Below, piece by piece: positions 18,656 through 28,410 of a DNA stretch of 64,000 nt. Source of the DNA: Pseudomonadota bacterium (GTDB lineage Bacteria; Pseudomonadota; Alphaproteobacteria; Caulobacterales; Hyphomonadaceae); assembly GCA_039029475.1 (NCBI GenBank), contig JBCCGB010000011.1, forward strand, positions 64,264 through 128,263, written 5' to 3'. The notes under the pieces are model-generated. The model saw only the letters and a list, made by a program, of their open reading frames with translations. It ran no database searches and was not told the origin of the DNA. Both the position numbers and the translations under genes were made by a program. The number at the start of each line of letters is the position of its first letter. Positions within the stretch are counted from its first letter, which is position 1.

Positions 18656-18710
18656 ACCTTTGCCCCACAATTAAAGCATGTTGCGGCGAACCAGTCGCAG
18701 AGGTTTGGCT

Positions 18711-19976
18711 ATGAAATCTGTTATTATCGCATTGGCGGCATTGATTGCCGGCGCCTTCATTGGCGGTTTCACCTATTACAGCTTCGTCCCGCCACCGACC
18801 GATGTGATGGCGCGGGCGGCGGCTTTTGAAGGGGATCGCGACTATTTCTTCCAGAATGCCAGCGAACTTTATCCGACTCGCTCGGTCGCCGCGTCCGGGG
18901 ACAGTGATCCATTGCCAAGCTCTGCGGACGCGCTGGACGGTTTTACCTACACATACGAAGGCGAAACGCGAACCTTGGCGGGCCTCTACACAGACATGGA
19001 GACGTCCGGCCTGATCATCCTTCATGATGGCAATGTCGTGCATGAATCCTATGGTCGCGGGGCCGATGCGGGTACGCTGTTCACGACCTGGTCATTGGTC
19101 AAGTCAATCACATCGACGCTGGTCGGCGTCGCCGTGGCGGACGGGTTGATCGAAAGCGTCGATGATCCATTGGTCAATTATCTGCCAGAAATTGCAGGCA
19201 CAGCGTATGATGGCGTGACCATCAAACAGGCCCTGCAAATGTCATCCGGCATTCGCTACGATCCGGACCTCTGGGACGGAAAAATGGATGACACCGTCGC
19301 GTTCATGACCAAAAGTGTCGTGACGGGCCAAGCCCCGGCATTTGACCTCGCCATCGCGTTCAAGCGTGAACACGCGCCCGGGACAAAATTCAACTACAAT
19401 ACCGCTGAAAGCCAGGTCCTGCTGGAATTGGTGCGTCGGGTGTCCGGTATGGACGCCGCGGATTATCTTGAACAAAAACTGTGGCGGCCCTTGGGAATGC
19501 AGCATTCCGGAGCCTGGATCATTGACCGCGCCGGCGCGGATGGGGCGGAAGTTGGCGGTGCCATGTTCAATGCGGCTCTGCGAGATTGGGCGCGATTTGG
19601 GCTGTTTATCGAGCAAGGCGGGGCCTGGAATGGCGTCCAGATCCTGCCCGCAGACTGGGTGGACCGCGCAACTGTCTCGGATGATGCCCATCTCAAGCCC
19701 GGGATCGTGCATCCGAACCCGAACCGTGGGTATGCCTGGCATTGGTGGACTTATGCCGATGGCACGTTCACAGCATCCGGTGCAAATGGACAGACACTCT
19801 ATGTCGATCGGGATCATGATATCGTCGTCGCGCGCTCCAGTGCCTGGCCCGCAGGATATGTCCGCGCGCATGATGATCAGAGTTTTGCGATGTATAAAGC
19901 GCTGGCGGACTGGTTCGCACAAGCCGATATACCGGGTGGTGGCGACGCCGATGAAGTGGTCGCAGAAACGCCTTAG
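18711..19976 (+). CDS. Serine hydrolase, class C beta-lactamase / NylB-like family
   Basis: WSLVKS (SxxK), FNYNT (Y-x-N), ASGANGQ; N-terminal signal or anchor; GAGG RBS before the ATG at 18711. Confidence 0.88.
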   Translation: MKSVIIALAALIAGAFIGGFTYYSFVPPPTDVMARAAAFEGDRDYFFQNASELYPTRSVAASGDSDPLPSSADALDGFTYTYEGETRTLAGLYTDMETSGLIILHDGNVVHESYGRGADAGTLFTTWSLVKSITSTLVGVAVADGLIESVDDPLVNYLPEIAGTAYDGVTIKQALQMSSGIRYDPDLWDGKMDDTVAFMTKSVVTGQAPAFDLAIAFKREHAPGTKFNYNTAESQVLLELVRRVSGMDAADYLEQKLWRPLGMQHSGAWIIDRAGADGAEVGGAMFNAALRDWARFGLFIEQGGAWNGVQILPADWVDRATVSDDAHLKPGIVHPNPNRGYAWHWWTYADGTFTASGANGQTLYVDRDHDIVVARSSAWPAGYVRAHDDQSFAMYKALADWFAQADIPGGGDADEVVAETP

Positions 19977-20743
19977 GCGGCGACCTGGAATCGGTTCCGG
20001 CCGCGATCCTTGGCTTCATACAGGGCGTTGTCGGCACGCGACAGAACTGAACTGACGGAATCGCGCGGATGGGCGATTCCGACCCCAAGACTGGCTGAGA
20101 CATGGATGTCCTTGCCCTGATAGGCGCAAGGGGTAGCGGCGACACGAGCGCGGATCGCTTCAGCATTGGCATGCAGTTCAGCAATCGTCTCATACGGCAT
20201 CAGAACGGCAAATTCTTCGCCACCCAAGCGGGCCACGAGACAGTCTTCAGGACATGCTGCGGCGATTTGTTGTGAGGCATGAATGAGCACTTCATCGCCC
20301 GCATCATGGCCATGCACATCGTTCACTTGCTTGAAGTGATCGAGGTCGATGATCATCATGGCTAGGCCGGAATATTCGAAATCTGTGTGATCGAACCGCA
20401 CGGTTGCGGCATGCATGAAGGCGCGGCGATTGGCGAGACCGGTCATCTCATCGGTCCGTGCCAGTTTGGAGACTGCCAGCATGCGGCGATGATTGCGCAC
20501 GGATTGGTAGCCGACAATGCCGGTGCACAATGGCACAATGATCAGCGGCAGAATGATGGCTGTCCGCATCGCCTGATTGTGGATTTGCCCATCATAACCG
20601 CGGGTGGTGTACCAGGTCACAGTCGCTGCAATCGCAACGGCAATGACCAGTATGACAATACTGGTCATCAGCATGCTCGCCGTAAAGTCGCGCTCCGACG
20701 GCACCTCGTAGATTTCCGGTTTTCGGTTCACAGATTTTTCCAC
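19973..20743 (-). CDS. Membrane-anchored GGDEF diguanylate cyclase
   Basis: Two TM helices; TDEMTGLANRRAF; IDLDHFKQVNDVHGHDAGD; ARLGGEEF; RADNALYEAKDRGRN. Confidence 0.92.
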   Translation of the reverse strand: MEKSVNRKPEIYEVPSERDFTASMLMTSIVILVIAVAIAATVTWYTTRGYDGQIHNQAMRTAIILPLIIVPLCTGIVGYQSVRNHRRMLAVSKLARTDEMTGLANRRAFMHAATVRFDHTDFEYSGLAMMIIDLDHFKQVNDVHGHDAGDEVLIHASQQIAAACPEDCLVARLGGEEFAVLMPYETIAELHANAEAIRARVAATPCAYQGKDIHVSASLGVGIAHPRDSVSSVLSRADNALYEAKDRGRNRFQVAA

Positions 20744-20875
20744 CTGCGCCCAATTTACGCCATCAGAGCTAGCGTAGCATTGAGCAGATCGATGAAATTT
20801 GCTCGAATTCGTCGATTTTCCGGCGATGCCAGCCTGGTCCTTCGCGCCGCGCCATCAACGCGCTATATACGAATC

Positions 20876-22699
20876 ATGAGCGCCCCAATTCGCATCCCGG
20901 ACGGTTTCGTCGATGAGCTGAAAGCCCGCATCCGTCCATCGGAAGTGATTGGCCGAAAAGTGAAGCTCAAAAAGCAAGGCAAGGAATGGGTCGGCCTGTC
21001 GCCATTCACCAATGAAAAAACGCCAAGCTTCTACGTCAATGACCAGAAGAAAATCTTCAAATGCTTCTCCTCCGGGATTGGCGGCGATGTGATTTCCTTT
21101 GTCATGGAAACAGAACGACTGTCCTTCATGGAAGCGGTCGAGAAACTGGCCGACGAAGCGGGCATGACCTTGCCCAAGGCGACACCTGAAAGTCAGGAAC
21201 AATATGATCGTCGACAAAGGCTGTATGCGGCCTGCGAAGCTGCAGCCGCCTATTATGAAACGTGCCTGCGCGCGCCTGAAGGCGCCGAGGCGCGGCGATA
21301 CCTGGAGAATCGCGGTCTGCGTCCGGATCGCTGGGCGCCATACCGGCTTGGCTTCTCGCCGGATGATTGGCGCAAGACGATTGAGCATCTCAAAGCCAAG
21401 GGCTTTTCCATCAGTGAAATCGTTGAAGCGGGTCTTGCTGTCGAAAAAGATGGCGGCGGCGAACCGTATGACCGGTTTCGCGGACGATTGATGTTCCCGA
21501 TTGAAGATCCGCGCGGGCAGGTCATTGCTTTTGGTGGGCGCGGGCTGCAACCAGATGCCAAGCCGAAATACCTGAATTCGTCGGACACGCCGCTCTTCCA
21601 CAAGTCCCGGGTTCTGTATCGCTATAAAGCTGCACGAGAAGCATTTGGTGGCACCGAAGAAGGCGGGCTGATCGTCTGCGAAGGCTATATGGATGTCATC
21701 GCTCTGAGCGAAGCAGGCTTTGCGCATGCTGTGGCGCCGCTCGGTACGGCCCTGACGGAAGACCAACTCGGTTTGCTCTGGCGGGCGGGTCCCGAGCCGG
21801 TCCTGTGTTTTGATGGCGACCGGGCTGGGCTAGGTGCTGCCTATCGTTCGATTGAGCGCGCCTTGCCGGGGCTGCAGCCCGGGCGCAGCGTTTTCTTTTG
21901 CCTGCTCTCGGACAGCATGGACCCGGATGATCTGATCCGCGAACACGGCCCTGGCGCGTTGGGCAAAGCTCTGGATGGCGCCTTGCCGCTGGTTGAGGTG
22001 CTTTGGCGCCGCGAACGCGATCTCGAACCGGTCGACACGCCAGAGCGCCAGGCCGGGCTGGAACAGCGCTTGATGCAGGCGGCCAGCTCAATCCAAAATG
22101 GCGCCGTGAAAACCGCCTATGAGCGCGAGTTAAAGGCCCGGATGCGGGATTATTTATGGCAGATGCGCGCCGCCAATCGTGGTGGTGCCAAAGGCCCGGC
22201 GCGCGGCGGCCAGGTGGTGGCGCCCGCATTGCGCGGCGGTCCACCTGCGAAAACCAGAGGGCTCGGTTTGGTTGTGCGGGCGGTCGACCATCACCACCTT
22301 GCCGAGATTGGCTTTGAGGCCTTGGCGGTGGCAGAATTCCCTGATCCGGACGTTTCGGCCATACGTGACGCCCTTATCAGCCAAAATACTGCTGAATCAG
22401 GTGTTGACCGGACGGCTCTCAGCAACCATTTAGAGAGCCTTGGAAAATTGCGCGCTGCAGAACTGCTAACACACTATCCCGACATCCCAGAAATTCCCCA
22501 AGGTGGGTCAGAGGAGCGGGAATGGCTAATCGCCCTGGAGCAGTATGCACGCCTAGATGGCACGGATCGGTCCGGCCGTAATTCAGGAGAGGCTTTTGCC
22601 ACGCCTGAAGATGCGCGTCACCGGCATCGAATCGTGTCGGAGCGAAGGGCACGGACAGCGCGTCTCAATGAGGCGGCAGAAAAGGCTGATCAGAGCTGA
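20876..22699 (+). CDS. dnaG: DNA primase
   Basis: Start MSAPIRIPDGFVDELKARI at 20876 (the track extends it upstream to 20387); Zn-finger region LSPFTNEKTPSF...FKCFSSGIGGD; PKYLNSSDT; TOPRIM EGYMDVI and CFDGDRAG. Confidence 0.96.
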   Translation: MSAPIRIPDGFVDELKARIRPSEVIGRKVKLKKQGKEWVGLSPFTNEKTPSFYVNDQKKIFKCFSSGIGGDVISFVMETERLSFMEAVEKLADEAGMTLPKATPESQEQYDRRQRLYAACEAAAAYYETCLRAPEGAEARRYLENRGLRPDRWAPYRLGFSPDDWRKTIEHLKAKGFSISEIVEAGLAVEKDGGGEPYDRFRGRLMFPIEDPRGQVIAFGGRGLQPDAKPKYLNSSDTPLFHKSRVLYRYKAAREAFGGTEEGGLIVCEGYMDVIALSEAGFAHAVAPLGTALTEDQLGLLWRAGPEPVLCFDGDRAGLGAAYRSIERALPGLQPGRSVFFCLLSDSMDPDDLIREHGPGALGKALDGALPLVEVLWRRERDLEPVDTPERQAGLEQRLMQAASSIQNGAVKTAYERELKARMRDYLWQMRAANRGGAKGPARGGQVVAPALRGGPPAKTRGLGLVVRAVDHHHLAEIGFEALAVAEFPDPDVSAIRDALISQNTAESGVDRTALSNHLESLGKLRAAELLTHYPDIPEIPQGGSEEREWLIALEQYARLDGTDRSGRNSGEAFATPEDARHRHRIVSERRARTARLNEAAEKADQS

Positions 22700-22762
22700 T
22701 CATGCTTTTACGGAATTGAAATTGTATGTTGCGACATGGCGCGCAGCGGACAGGAGCGATAC

Positions 22763-24697
22763 ATGGCGAAAGCCAAAGCGGAAGTACTTGAAGACAACGA
22801 GGACCGTCCGGTCCTCGATCTCAGTGACACCAAAGTTAAGAAGTTTCTCAAAGACGCCAAAGCCAAGGGCTATGTGACGGTTGAGCAGCTAAACAAAGTC
22901 TTGCCGGAAGACGAGCTATCTTCTGATCGGATTGAAGACACGATGGCGATGCTGTCTGAGCAAGGCATCACGGTTGTCGACAATGAAGAAGAAGGCGAAG
23001 CGGCAGCCAAATCGACAGCCGTTGCGACGACTGGGACAGCCGGCGCTGTCACCAAGAAAGGCAATGCTCGCGGCTCTGACCGCACAGATGATCCGGTGCG
23101 GATGTATCTGCGCGAAATGGGCGCGGTTGAGCTGCTGTCTCGCGAAGGTGAAATTGCCATCGCCAAACGCATTGAGGCGGGTCGCGATGCGATGATCCGC
23201 GGCTTGTGTGAATCGCCCCTGACGTTTGAAGCGATGATGGTCTGGCGCGACGAGCTTGTGAATGAGCGTATCCTGCTGCGCGACTTGATCGATCTTGAAG
23301 CGACCTATGGCGCTGAAAACCCGGCACCGGAAGAAGACGAGCTCGACGAAGAAGAAGCTGAAGCGCGTGAGAATGAGACGGTAGAAGAGCGCCATGCCCG
23401 CGAAGAGCGCGAGGACGAGGAAGAAGGCGCCGCCATGTCCATGTCTGGCATGGAAGCAGAACTCCGCGAAGGCGTGCTCGATAAGCTGGACGAGATTGCT
23501 GGCGGGTTTGCCAAATTCCGCAAGCTGCAGGAAAAACTGGTCACACGCCGCATGGCGGGCAAAGGCCTGACGCCCAAAGACCAGGAAAACTATGATGGGA
23601 TCTCCCAGAACATTGTTGATGAGCTCAAGACGATGCACATCAACAATGCACGGATCGAAGCTCTGGTTGAACAGCTCTATGCGATCAACAAGAAGCTGAT
23701 GGGTCTGGAAGGCCAGCTGATGCGCCTCGCTGACGCGCATGGCGTGCCGCGCTCGGAGTTTCTGAAGAATTACTTTGGTCGTGAGCTCGACCCGAACTGG
23801 GTCGAAGACGTCGCCGCGATGTCCAAGAAATGGGAACGTTTCACGGATCGCGAAGCCGACAAGATCGAAGACATTCGCAACGAGATCCAAATGGTTGCGC
23901 AAGAGATCGGTATCCCGATCGATGACTATCGGAAGATCGTTCAACGCGTCCAGAAAGGTGAGCGCGAAGCGCGCATCGCCAAGAAGGAAATGGTCGAGGC
24001 CAATCTGCGTTTGGTGATCTCGATTGCCAAGAAATACACCAATCGCGGTCTGCAATTCCTGGATCTCATCCAGGAAGGCAATATCGGTCTGATGAAGGCG
24101 GTGGACAAGTTTGAGTATCGCCGCGGGTACAAATTCTCGACCTATGCGACCTGGTGGATTCGCCAGGCGATCACACGGTCGATTGCCGATCAGGCCCGGA
24201 CCATCCGGATTCCGGTGCATATGATTGAGACGATCAACAAGATTGTCCGCTCTCAGCGCCAGATGCTGCACGAGATTGGCCGCGAGCCGACACCGGAAGA
24301 ATTGGCCGAGAAGCTTGGCTTGCCTCTGGAAAAGATCCGCAAGGTTCTGAAAATTGCCAAGGAGCCGATCTCTCTCGAAACGCCGATTGGCGATGATGAG
24401 GATTCCAACCTTGGTGACTTTATCGAGGACAAAGCCGCCTTACTGCCGGTCGATGCCGCGATTCAGTCAAACCTACGCGAGACGACGACGCGGGTTCTGG
24501 CCTCGCTGACACCGCGTGAGGAACGTGTGCTACGGATGCGCTTTGGCATTGGCATGAACACCGATCACACACTGGAAGAAGTCGGTCAGCAATTCTCGGT
24601 GACGCGTGAACGGATCCGTCAGATTGAAGCCAAGGCGCTGCGCAAGCTGAAGCATCCAAGTCGCAGCCGGAAATTGCGCAGCTTCCTGGATACGTAA
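22763..24697 (+). CDS. rpoD: RNA polymerase primary sigma factor
   Basis: [12 protein letters not shown]; [38 protein letters not shown]; [31 protein letters not shown]; region 4 [16 protein letters not shown]; CAGGAG RBS before 22763. Confidence 0.98.
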   Translation: MAKAKAEVLEDNEDRPVLDLSDTKVKKFLKDAKAKGYVTVEQLNKVLPEDELSSDRIEDTMAMLSEQGITVVDNEEEGEAAAKSTAVATTGTAGAVTKKGNARGSDRTDDPVRMYLREMGAVELLSREGEIAIAKRIEAGRDAMIRGLCESPLTFEAMMVWRDELVNERILLRDLIDLEATYGAENPAPEEDELDEEEAEARENETVEERHAREEREDEEEGAAMSMSGMEAELREGVLDKLDEIAGGFAKFRKLQEKLVTRRMAGKGLTPKDQENYDGISQNIVDELKTMHINNARIEALVEQLYAINKKLMGLEGQLMRLADAHGVPRSEFLKNYFGRELDPNWVEDVAAMSKKWERFTDREADKIEDIRNEIQMVAQEIGIPIDDYRKIVQRVQKGEREARIAKKEMVEANLRLVISIAKKYTNRGLQFLDLIQEGNIGLMKAVDKFEYRRGYKFSTYATWWIRQAITRSIADQARTIRIPVHMIETINKIVRSQRQMLHEIGREPTPEELAEKLGLPLEKIRKVLKIAKEPISLETPIGDDEDSNLGDFIEDKAALLPVDAAIQSNLRETTTRVLASLTPREERVLRMRFGIGMNTDHTLEEVGQQFSVTRERIRQIEAKALRKLKHPSRSRKLRSFLDT

Positions 24698-24710
24698 ATC
24701 CAATTTGCCA

Positions 24711-25460
24711 TCAGACATCTGGGCCCGCAGTGATTTGACTCGCTGCGGGCTTTTTGTTGGCCTGCTTCGCGAGATAGGACATCAGGTAGGAATTCGGCCA
24801 ATTGAGGATCATGAGGGCGCCCGCAAATGGCCCCATCGGCGTGAACAGGGCCGCGATGATGACCAAAATGGCGATAGCCACCTCGCCGCGAAACACCCAG
24901 ACCGCCTGGTGAGTCAGCAAGTGCTCCTTGTCCGACAGTCCGATCAATGCGGCTTTGCGGGCGGCATGCCCATACATGAAGCTGAATAACGCGTAGATGA
25001 CGGCATAGCCGGCGCCAAAAATCGCCATGCTGCGCGCCGAGTTGCGCAAATCCATCTCTGTTTCCAGAAGTTGTGAATAGTCGCCTGTCACCGAGGCAAT
25101 CACGTACCAGAAGAAACTATCGAAGATGAACCGCAATGGATAGGCCGTGAACAATACCATTAAGAGCAGCGCGGAATTGATCAGCAAGATGGTATTGTCA
25201 GCGAGCGCATAGCGCCGAAAGAACACGAAATGTGCATTCCACATCACCAACAGGATGACGAAGCTTGCCGTCACCGGGACAATCGAGATGAGAAAATGAG
25301 TGAGTTCCGAAAAGGTCTGCGGCGGCGGGCCGCCAAACAGCATCATACCGAGCGCCAGGGCAAAGACGATGTCAGACAAGTTCTCGATCCGCGTCACGCT
25401 CTGGCCGCGCCATTCGAAATGCGGATCATGGTCGAGATGTTTGGCGATTTCGTTTCGCAT
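24711..25460 (-). CDS. TMEM175-family (DUF1211) membrane protein
   Basis: RIENLSDIVFALAL resembles the RxxxFSD signature; WNAH..FF; INSALL..VLF; about 6 TMs. The ATG at 25460 has a GGGGGA RBS and avoids overlap with blaI. Confidence 0.8.
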   Translation of the reverse strand: MRNEIAKHLDHDPHFEWRGQSVTRIENLSDIVFALALGMMLFGGPPPQTFSELTHFLISIVPVTASFVILLVMWNAHFVFFRRYALADNTILLINSALLLMVLFTAYPLRFIFDSFFWYVIASVTGDYSQLLETEMDLRNSARSMAIFGAGYAVIYALFSFMYGHAARKAALIGLSDKEHLLTHQAVWVFRGEVAIAILVIIAALFTPMGPFAGALMILNWPNSYLMSYLAKQANKKPAASQITAGPDV

Positions 25461-25565
25461 AGTATTCCCCCTCGCCGAAGAGATTAGTTCGATTTGCGCA
25501 AAGAGGAAGTTGTGCTTGTCGCGCTCTGCCGTCTGCGGTCTGTCCGGATTGTAAGAAAACAGGTC

Positions 25566-25594
25566 TTGACGTGTGGTGACAAATGTCACCATGT
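25566..25594 (+). promoter_or_regulatory. blaI-like promoter with palindromic operator
   Basis: TTGACG at 25566-25571; perfect inverted repeat TGGTGACA-AA-TGTCACCA at 25574-25591, resembling BlaI/MecI/CopY TACA-N2-TGTA boxes; no SD before the ATG at 25601. Confidence 0.75.
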
Positions 25595-25600
25595 GGCGAC

Positions 25601-25987
25601 ATGAGTCCAAATTCGACTGAACTTCGCATCCTGAAATTGCTTTGGCGCGATGGCGCCCGAAGCGCAGGGGAAATCCATGCCGCGATTGGCGAAGCGCTCA
25701 ATTGGAGTCGTTCATCGACCCGAAAAACGATTGAGCGCATGGTCGCGAAAGACATGGTATCGATCCACACCGTGCATGGCTTGCAGATTTACAAGGCACG
25801 GCTTGCCAAAGTGCCGACACTGGCTGGATTGATCCAGAATTTTGCCCGCACAGTGCTCAGCCTGGAGGGGCCTCTGCCGGTCTCGAACCTGGTCAAAAGC
25901 GAGATCCTGAGCGCCGATGAACTGGCTGAGTTGGAAGCCTTCCTGGCGGCTGAAAACGCCGAGTCCGATGAGGAAGATGCATCATGA
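25601..25987 (+). CDS. BlaI/MecI/CopY-family repressor
   Basis: TELRILKLLWRDGARSAGEIH...WSRSSTRKTIERMVAKDMV winged helix; C-terminal LSADELAELEAFL; ATGA-coupled to an M56 gene. Confidence 0.9.
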   Translation: MSPNSTELRILKLLWRDGARSAGEIHAAIGEALNWSRSSTRKTIERMVAKDMVSIHTVHGLQIYKARLAKVPTLAGLIQNFARTVLSLEGPLPVSNLVKSEILSADELAELEAFLAAENAESDEEDAS

Positions 25988-27402
25988 TCTGGGTTGGCTT
26001 GGCCGTGGCGACCAGTCTTGGCATCGGCGCCTTGCACGTGCTGGCAGCATCCACGCTGACCCGGCTCAATCCGGACAATGCGGCTTGGTCAGGTCTCTGG
26101 AGTCTCGGATTATGGGTGTCGGCGATCAGTCCGCTTCTCGGATTTTGCCTCTACACCGTCGCGCCGCCGACCTTGGTCGAATGGCCAGAAACGATGGTCT
26201 TTGAGACCGGATTGCCAGGTCTATTGAGCTTGGGCGAATTGCCGCCAGTCCGCGTTGAGGCCGGCGCCCAATGGGATCCGAGCCATGTCATTTGGATTGG
26301 TGCGGGTCTCTATGCCTTGGGTGTGATGCGGGCCCTGGCGCGCCTTTGGCTCGGTCGTCGCCATGTCCGTAAAATCGCGCGCATGGCGGTCTATCAGGGC
26401 GATGTGAATGGCGCAGCCATTTATGTCGCGAACGACGCTGAGATGCCTTTTGTTTGGTCGCCTTTCGGGCGTCCGCATCACGCCCGGATTGTTCTACCGC
26501 GGCACTTCCTCACGGCATTTTCAGAGGCCGAAATCGCGCACATTGTTCGGCATGAACACGCCCACATTCAACGCCGCGATGATGAGCAGGGTTTGGTGTT
26601 GCGCGTGTTGCTGGCCTGGCTGTGGATGTCGCCATTTGCGCATCATGCTTTCGGGCGTTGGGCCCAAGCCTGTGAGCTACAATGCGATGCCAATATTTTG
26701 AAGGGTCTGCCGCACCCCGCACGTGCGCAATATGCGAAAGTGCTTGTGGAAGCCCTTCAAATAACGGCGAACCGGGTACGGCAATACCCGGCCGCCTCCT
26801 TCTCAAACGATCGCTTAAGGAACGAAAAAATGAGAATTAGTCATATCATGTCGGGATCGGAGCCATTGATCAAGACACGGACCATGCAAGCTTTCCTGGT
26901 CAGCGCGGCGGCGGCGATCTGCGTCGCCAGCGGGGTCGGTCTGGCCAGTGTCGCCCATGCGGACCCGGCAGGCAAAACGGTGAGTGACAAATCCACCGTC
27001 ACGCTTGAAAGCATGGTCACCGGGCGTCTGACCGCGCCGTTCGGCAAGACCTTTGATCCGTTCCGGGATGGCACTTACAGGGTCCATAAAGGCGTCGACA
27101 TTGCCGCGCCCATCGGCACTGAAATCACCGCGCCAGCCGACGGCCAGATTGTTGAAGCAACCGACCTCTATGAGGGGCAATCGGCCTATGGCAAAGTTGT
27201 GGTGCTACAGACCGCCAACGAAACGCTGACCTTGTTTTCGCATCTCGACACTTATCGCGTCTCGGCGGGGCAACGGGTGAAGCGCGGTGATTTGATTGCG
27301 ACCGTCGGCAATACTGGAAAGAGCACGGGGCCGCATGTGCATATCGAAACGCTGGTGGCCGGGGAGCAGGTTGATCCGTTCACCGTCTGGAATGTGCGCT
27401 AG
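25984..27402 (+). CDS. M56 (BlaR1-like) metalloprotease fused to a C-terminal M23/LytM domain
   Basis: TM region, then HEHAHIQRRD (HExxH) and ACELQCD; a further TM; M23 motifs HKGVD, LFSHL and STGPHVHIE. Confidence 0.9.
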   Translation: MIWVGLAVATSLGIGALHVLAASTLTRLNPDNAAWSGLWSLGLWVSAISPLLGFCLYTVAPPTLVEWPETMVFETGLPGLLSLGELPPVRVEAGAQWDPSHVIWIGAGLYALGVMRALARLWLGRRHVRKIARMAVYQGDVNGAAIYVANDAEMPFVWSPFGRPHHARIVLPRHFLTAFSEAEIAHIVRHEHAHIQRRDDEQGLVLRVLLAWLWMSPFAHHAFGRWAQACELQCDANILKGLPHPARAQYAKVLVEALQITANRVRQYPAASFSNDRLRNEKMRISHIMSGSEPLIKTRTMQAFLVSAAAAICVASGVGLASVAHADPAGKTVSDKSTVTLESMVTGRLTAPFGKTFDPFRDGTYRVHKGVDIAAPIGTEITAPADGQIVEATDLYEGQSAYGKVVVLQTANETLTLFSHLDTYRVSAGQRVKRGDLIATVGNTGKSTGPHVHIETLVAGEQVDPFTVWNVR

Positions 27403-27429
27403 GCGTCTGGAGCGCTCAGCCCCACATAA

Positions 27430-27459
27430 AAAAGCCCGCACAATCTGGTGCGGGCTTTT
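27430..27459. terminator. Bidirectional terminator between the M56/M23 gene and etfA
   Basis: AAAAGCCCGCAC-aatctg-GTGCGGGCTTTT. Confidence 0.85.
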
Positions 27460-27480
27460 CGATCTTGTGCTGCCGGCGTC

Positions 27481-28410
27481 TTACAGCGCGTCGGTCAGTT
27501 CTGGTACGGCATTGAACAGATCTGCGACCAGGCCATAATCGGCGACTTGGAAGATCGGGGCTTCCTCATCCTTGTTGATGGCAACGATGATCTTGGAGTC
27601 TTTCATGCCCGCAAGGTGCTGAATCGCACCGGAAATGCCGACCGCGATGTAGAGTTCAGGCGCAACGATCTTGCCGGTCTGACCGACTTGATAATCGTTG
27701 GGCGCATAGCCTGCATCGACAGCGGCACGCGAGGCGCCAACCGCTGCACCGAGCTTGTCGGCCAATGGGTTCATCAAACGCTCAAACTCTTCCGCAGAAC
27801 CCAGCGCCCTGCCGCCAGACACAATCCGCTTTGCAGCGGTCAGTTCTGGACGATCACTGGCAACAATCTCTTCAGAGACGAAGGTTGACTTGAATGGGCC
27901 GCCTGGCGTGTCGACGGTCTCGACAGCAGCGGAGCCGCCTGAACCGGCCGCCTCGAACGCGGTGCCGCGCACGGTGACGACTTTCTTGGCGTCGGCAGAT
28001 TTTACTGTCATGATCGCGTTACCGGCATAGATGGGACGCACGAATGTGTCCTGACCTTCAATGCCGATAATATCAGACAGCTGCATCACATCGAGCTTGG
28101 CCGCGATGCGTGGCGTGACATTCTTGCCCATGGTGGTGGCGGGCGCGAACAGGGCGTCATAGCCATCCATGAGCGGAACAATCAGAGCTTCCATGGCTTC
28201 GGCGAGCTGCTTTTCATAAGCATCGCCATCAGCGTGGAGAACTTTACGAACGCCGTCGAGGCCAGCAGCGGCTGCCGCAACATCGCCGGCGCCCTTGCCG
28301 GCAACCAGAACATCAACGTCACCGCCAAAGGTCTTGGCTGCGGTAACCGTTTTTGCGGTCGCATCCGACAGCGCCGCATTATCGTGATCAGCAATTACAA
28401 GAACAGCCAT
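27481..28410 (-). CDS. etfA: Electron transfer flavoprotein subunit alpha
   Basis: RPIYAGNA; VSGGRALGS; GASRAAVDAGY; QVGQTGKIVAPELYIAVGISGAIQHLAGM. Confidence 0.97.
   Translation of the reverse strand: MAVLVIADHDNAALSDATAKTVTAAKTFGGDVDVLVAGKGAGDVAAAAAGLDGVRKVLHADGDAYEKQLAEAMEALIVPLMDGYDALFAPATTMGKNVTPRIAAKLDVMQLSDIIGIEGQDTFVRPIYAGNAIMTVKSADAKKVVTVRGTAFEAAGSGGSAAVETVDTPGGPFKSTFVSEEIVASDRPELTAAKRIVSGGRALGSAEEFERLMNPLADKLGAAVGASRAAVDAGYAPNDYQVGQTGKIVAPELYIAVGISGAIQHLAGMKDSKIIVAINKDEEAPIFQVADYGLVADLFNAVPELTDAL

Noticed and set aside
18678-18710. Twin-arginine-like SRRGLA leader on the serine hydrolase
   Set aside because: It depends on the upstream ATG at 18678, which lacks an SD. The ATG at 18711 has GAGG and gives a normal N-terminal hydrophobic segment.
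20387-20875. 163-aa N-terminal extension of DnaG in the ORF track
   Set aside because: It overlaps the GGDEF gene on the other strand; primase homology begins at the ATG at 20876.
22916-24271. 451-aa ORF antisense to rpoD, and similar long antisense ORFs (1691-2329, 7507-8379, 20855-21766, 29666-30502, 50988-52031, 61175-62104)
   Set aside because: They lie fully opposite well-supported genes, have no recognisable motifs, and are expected shadow ORFs of GC-rich codon usage.
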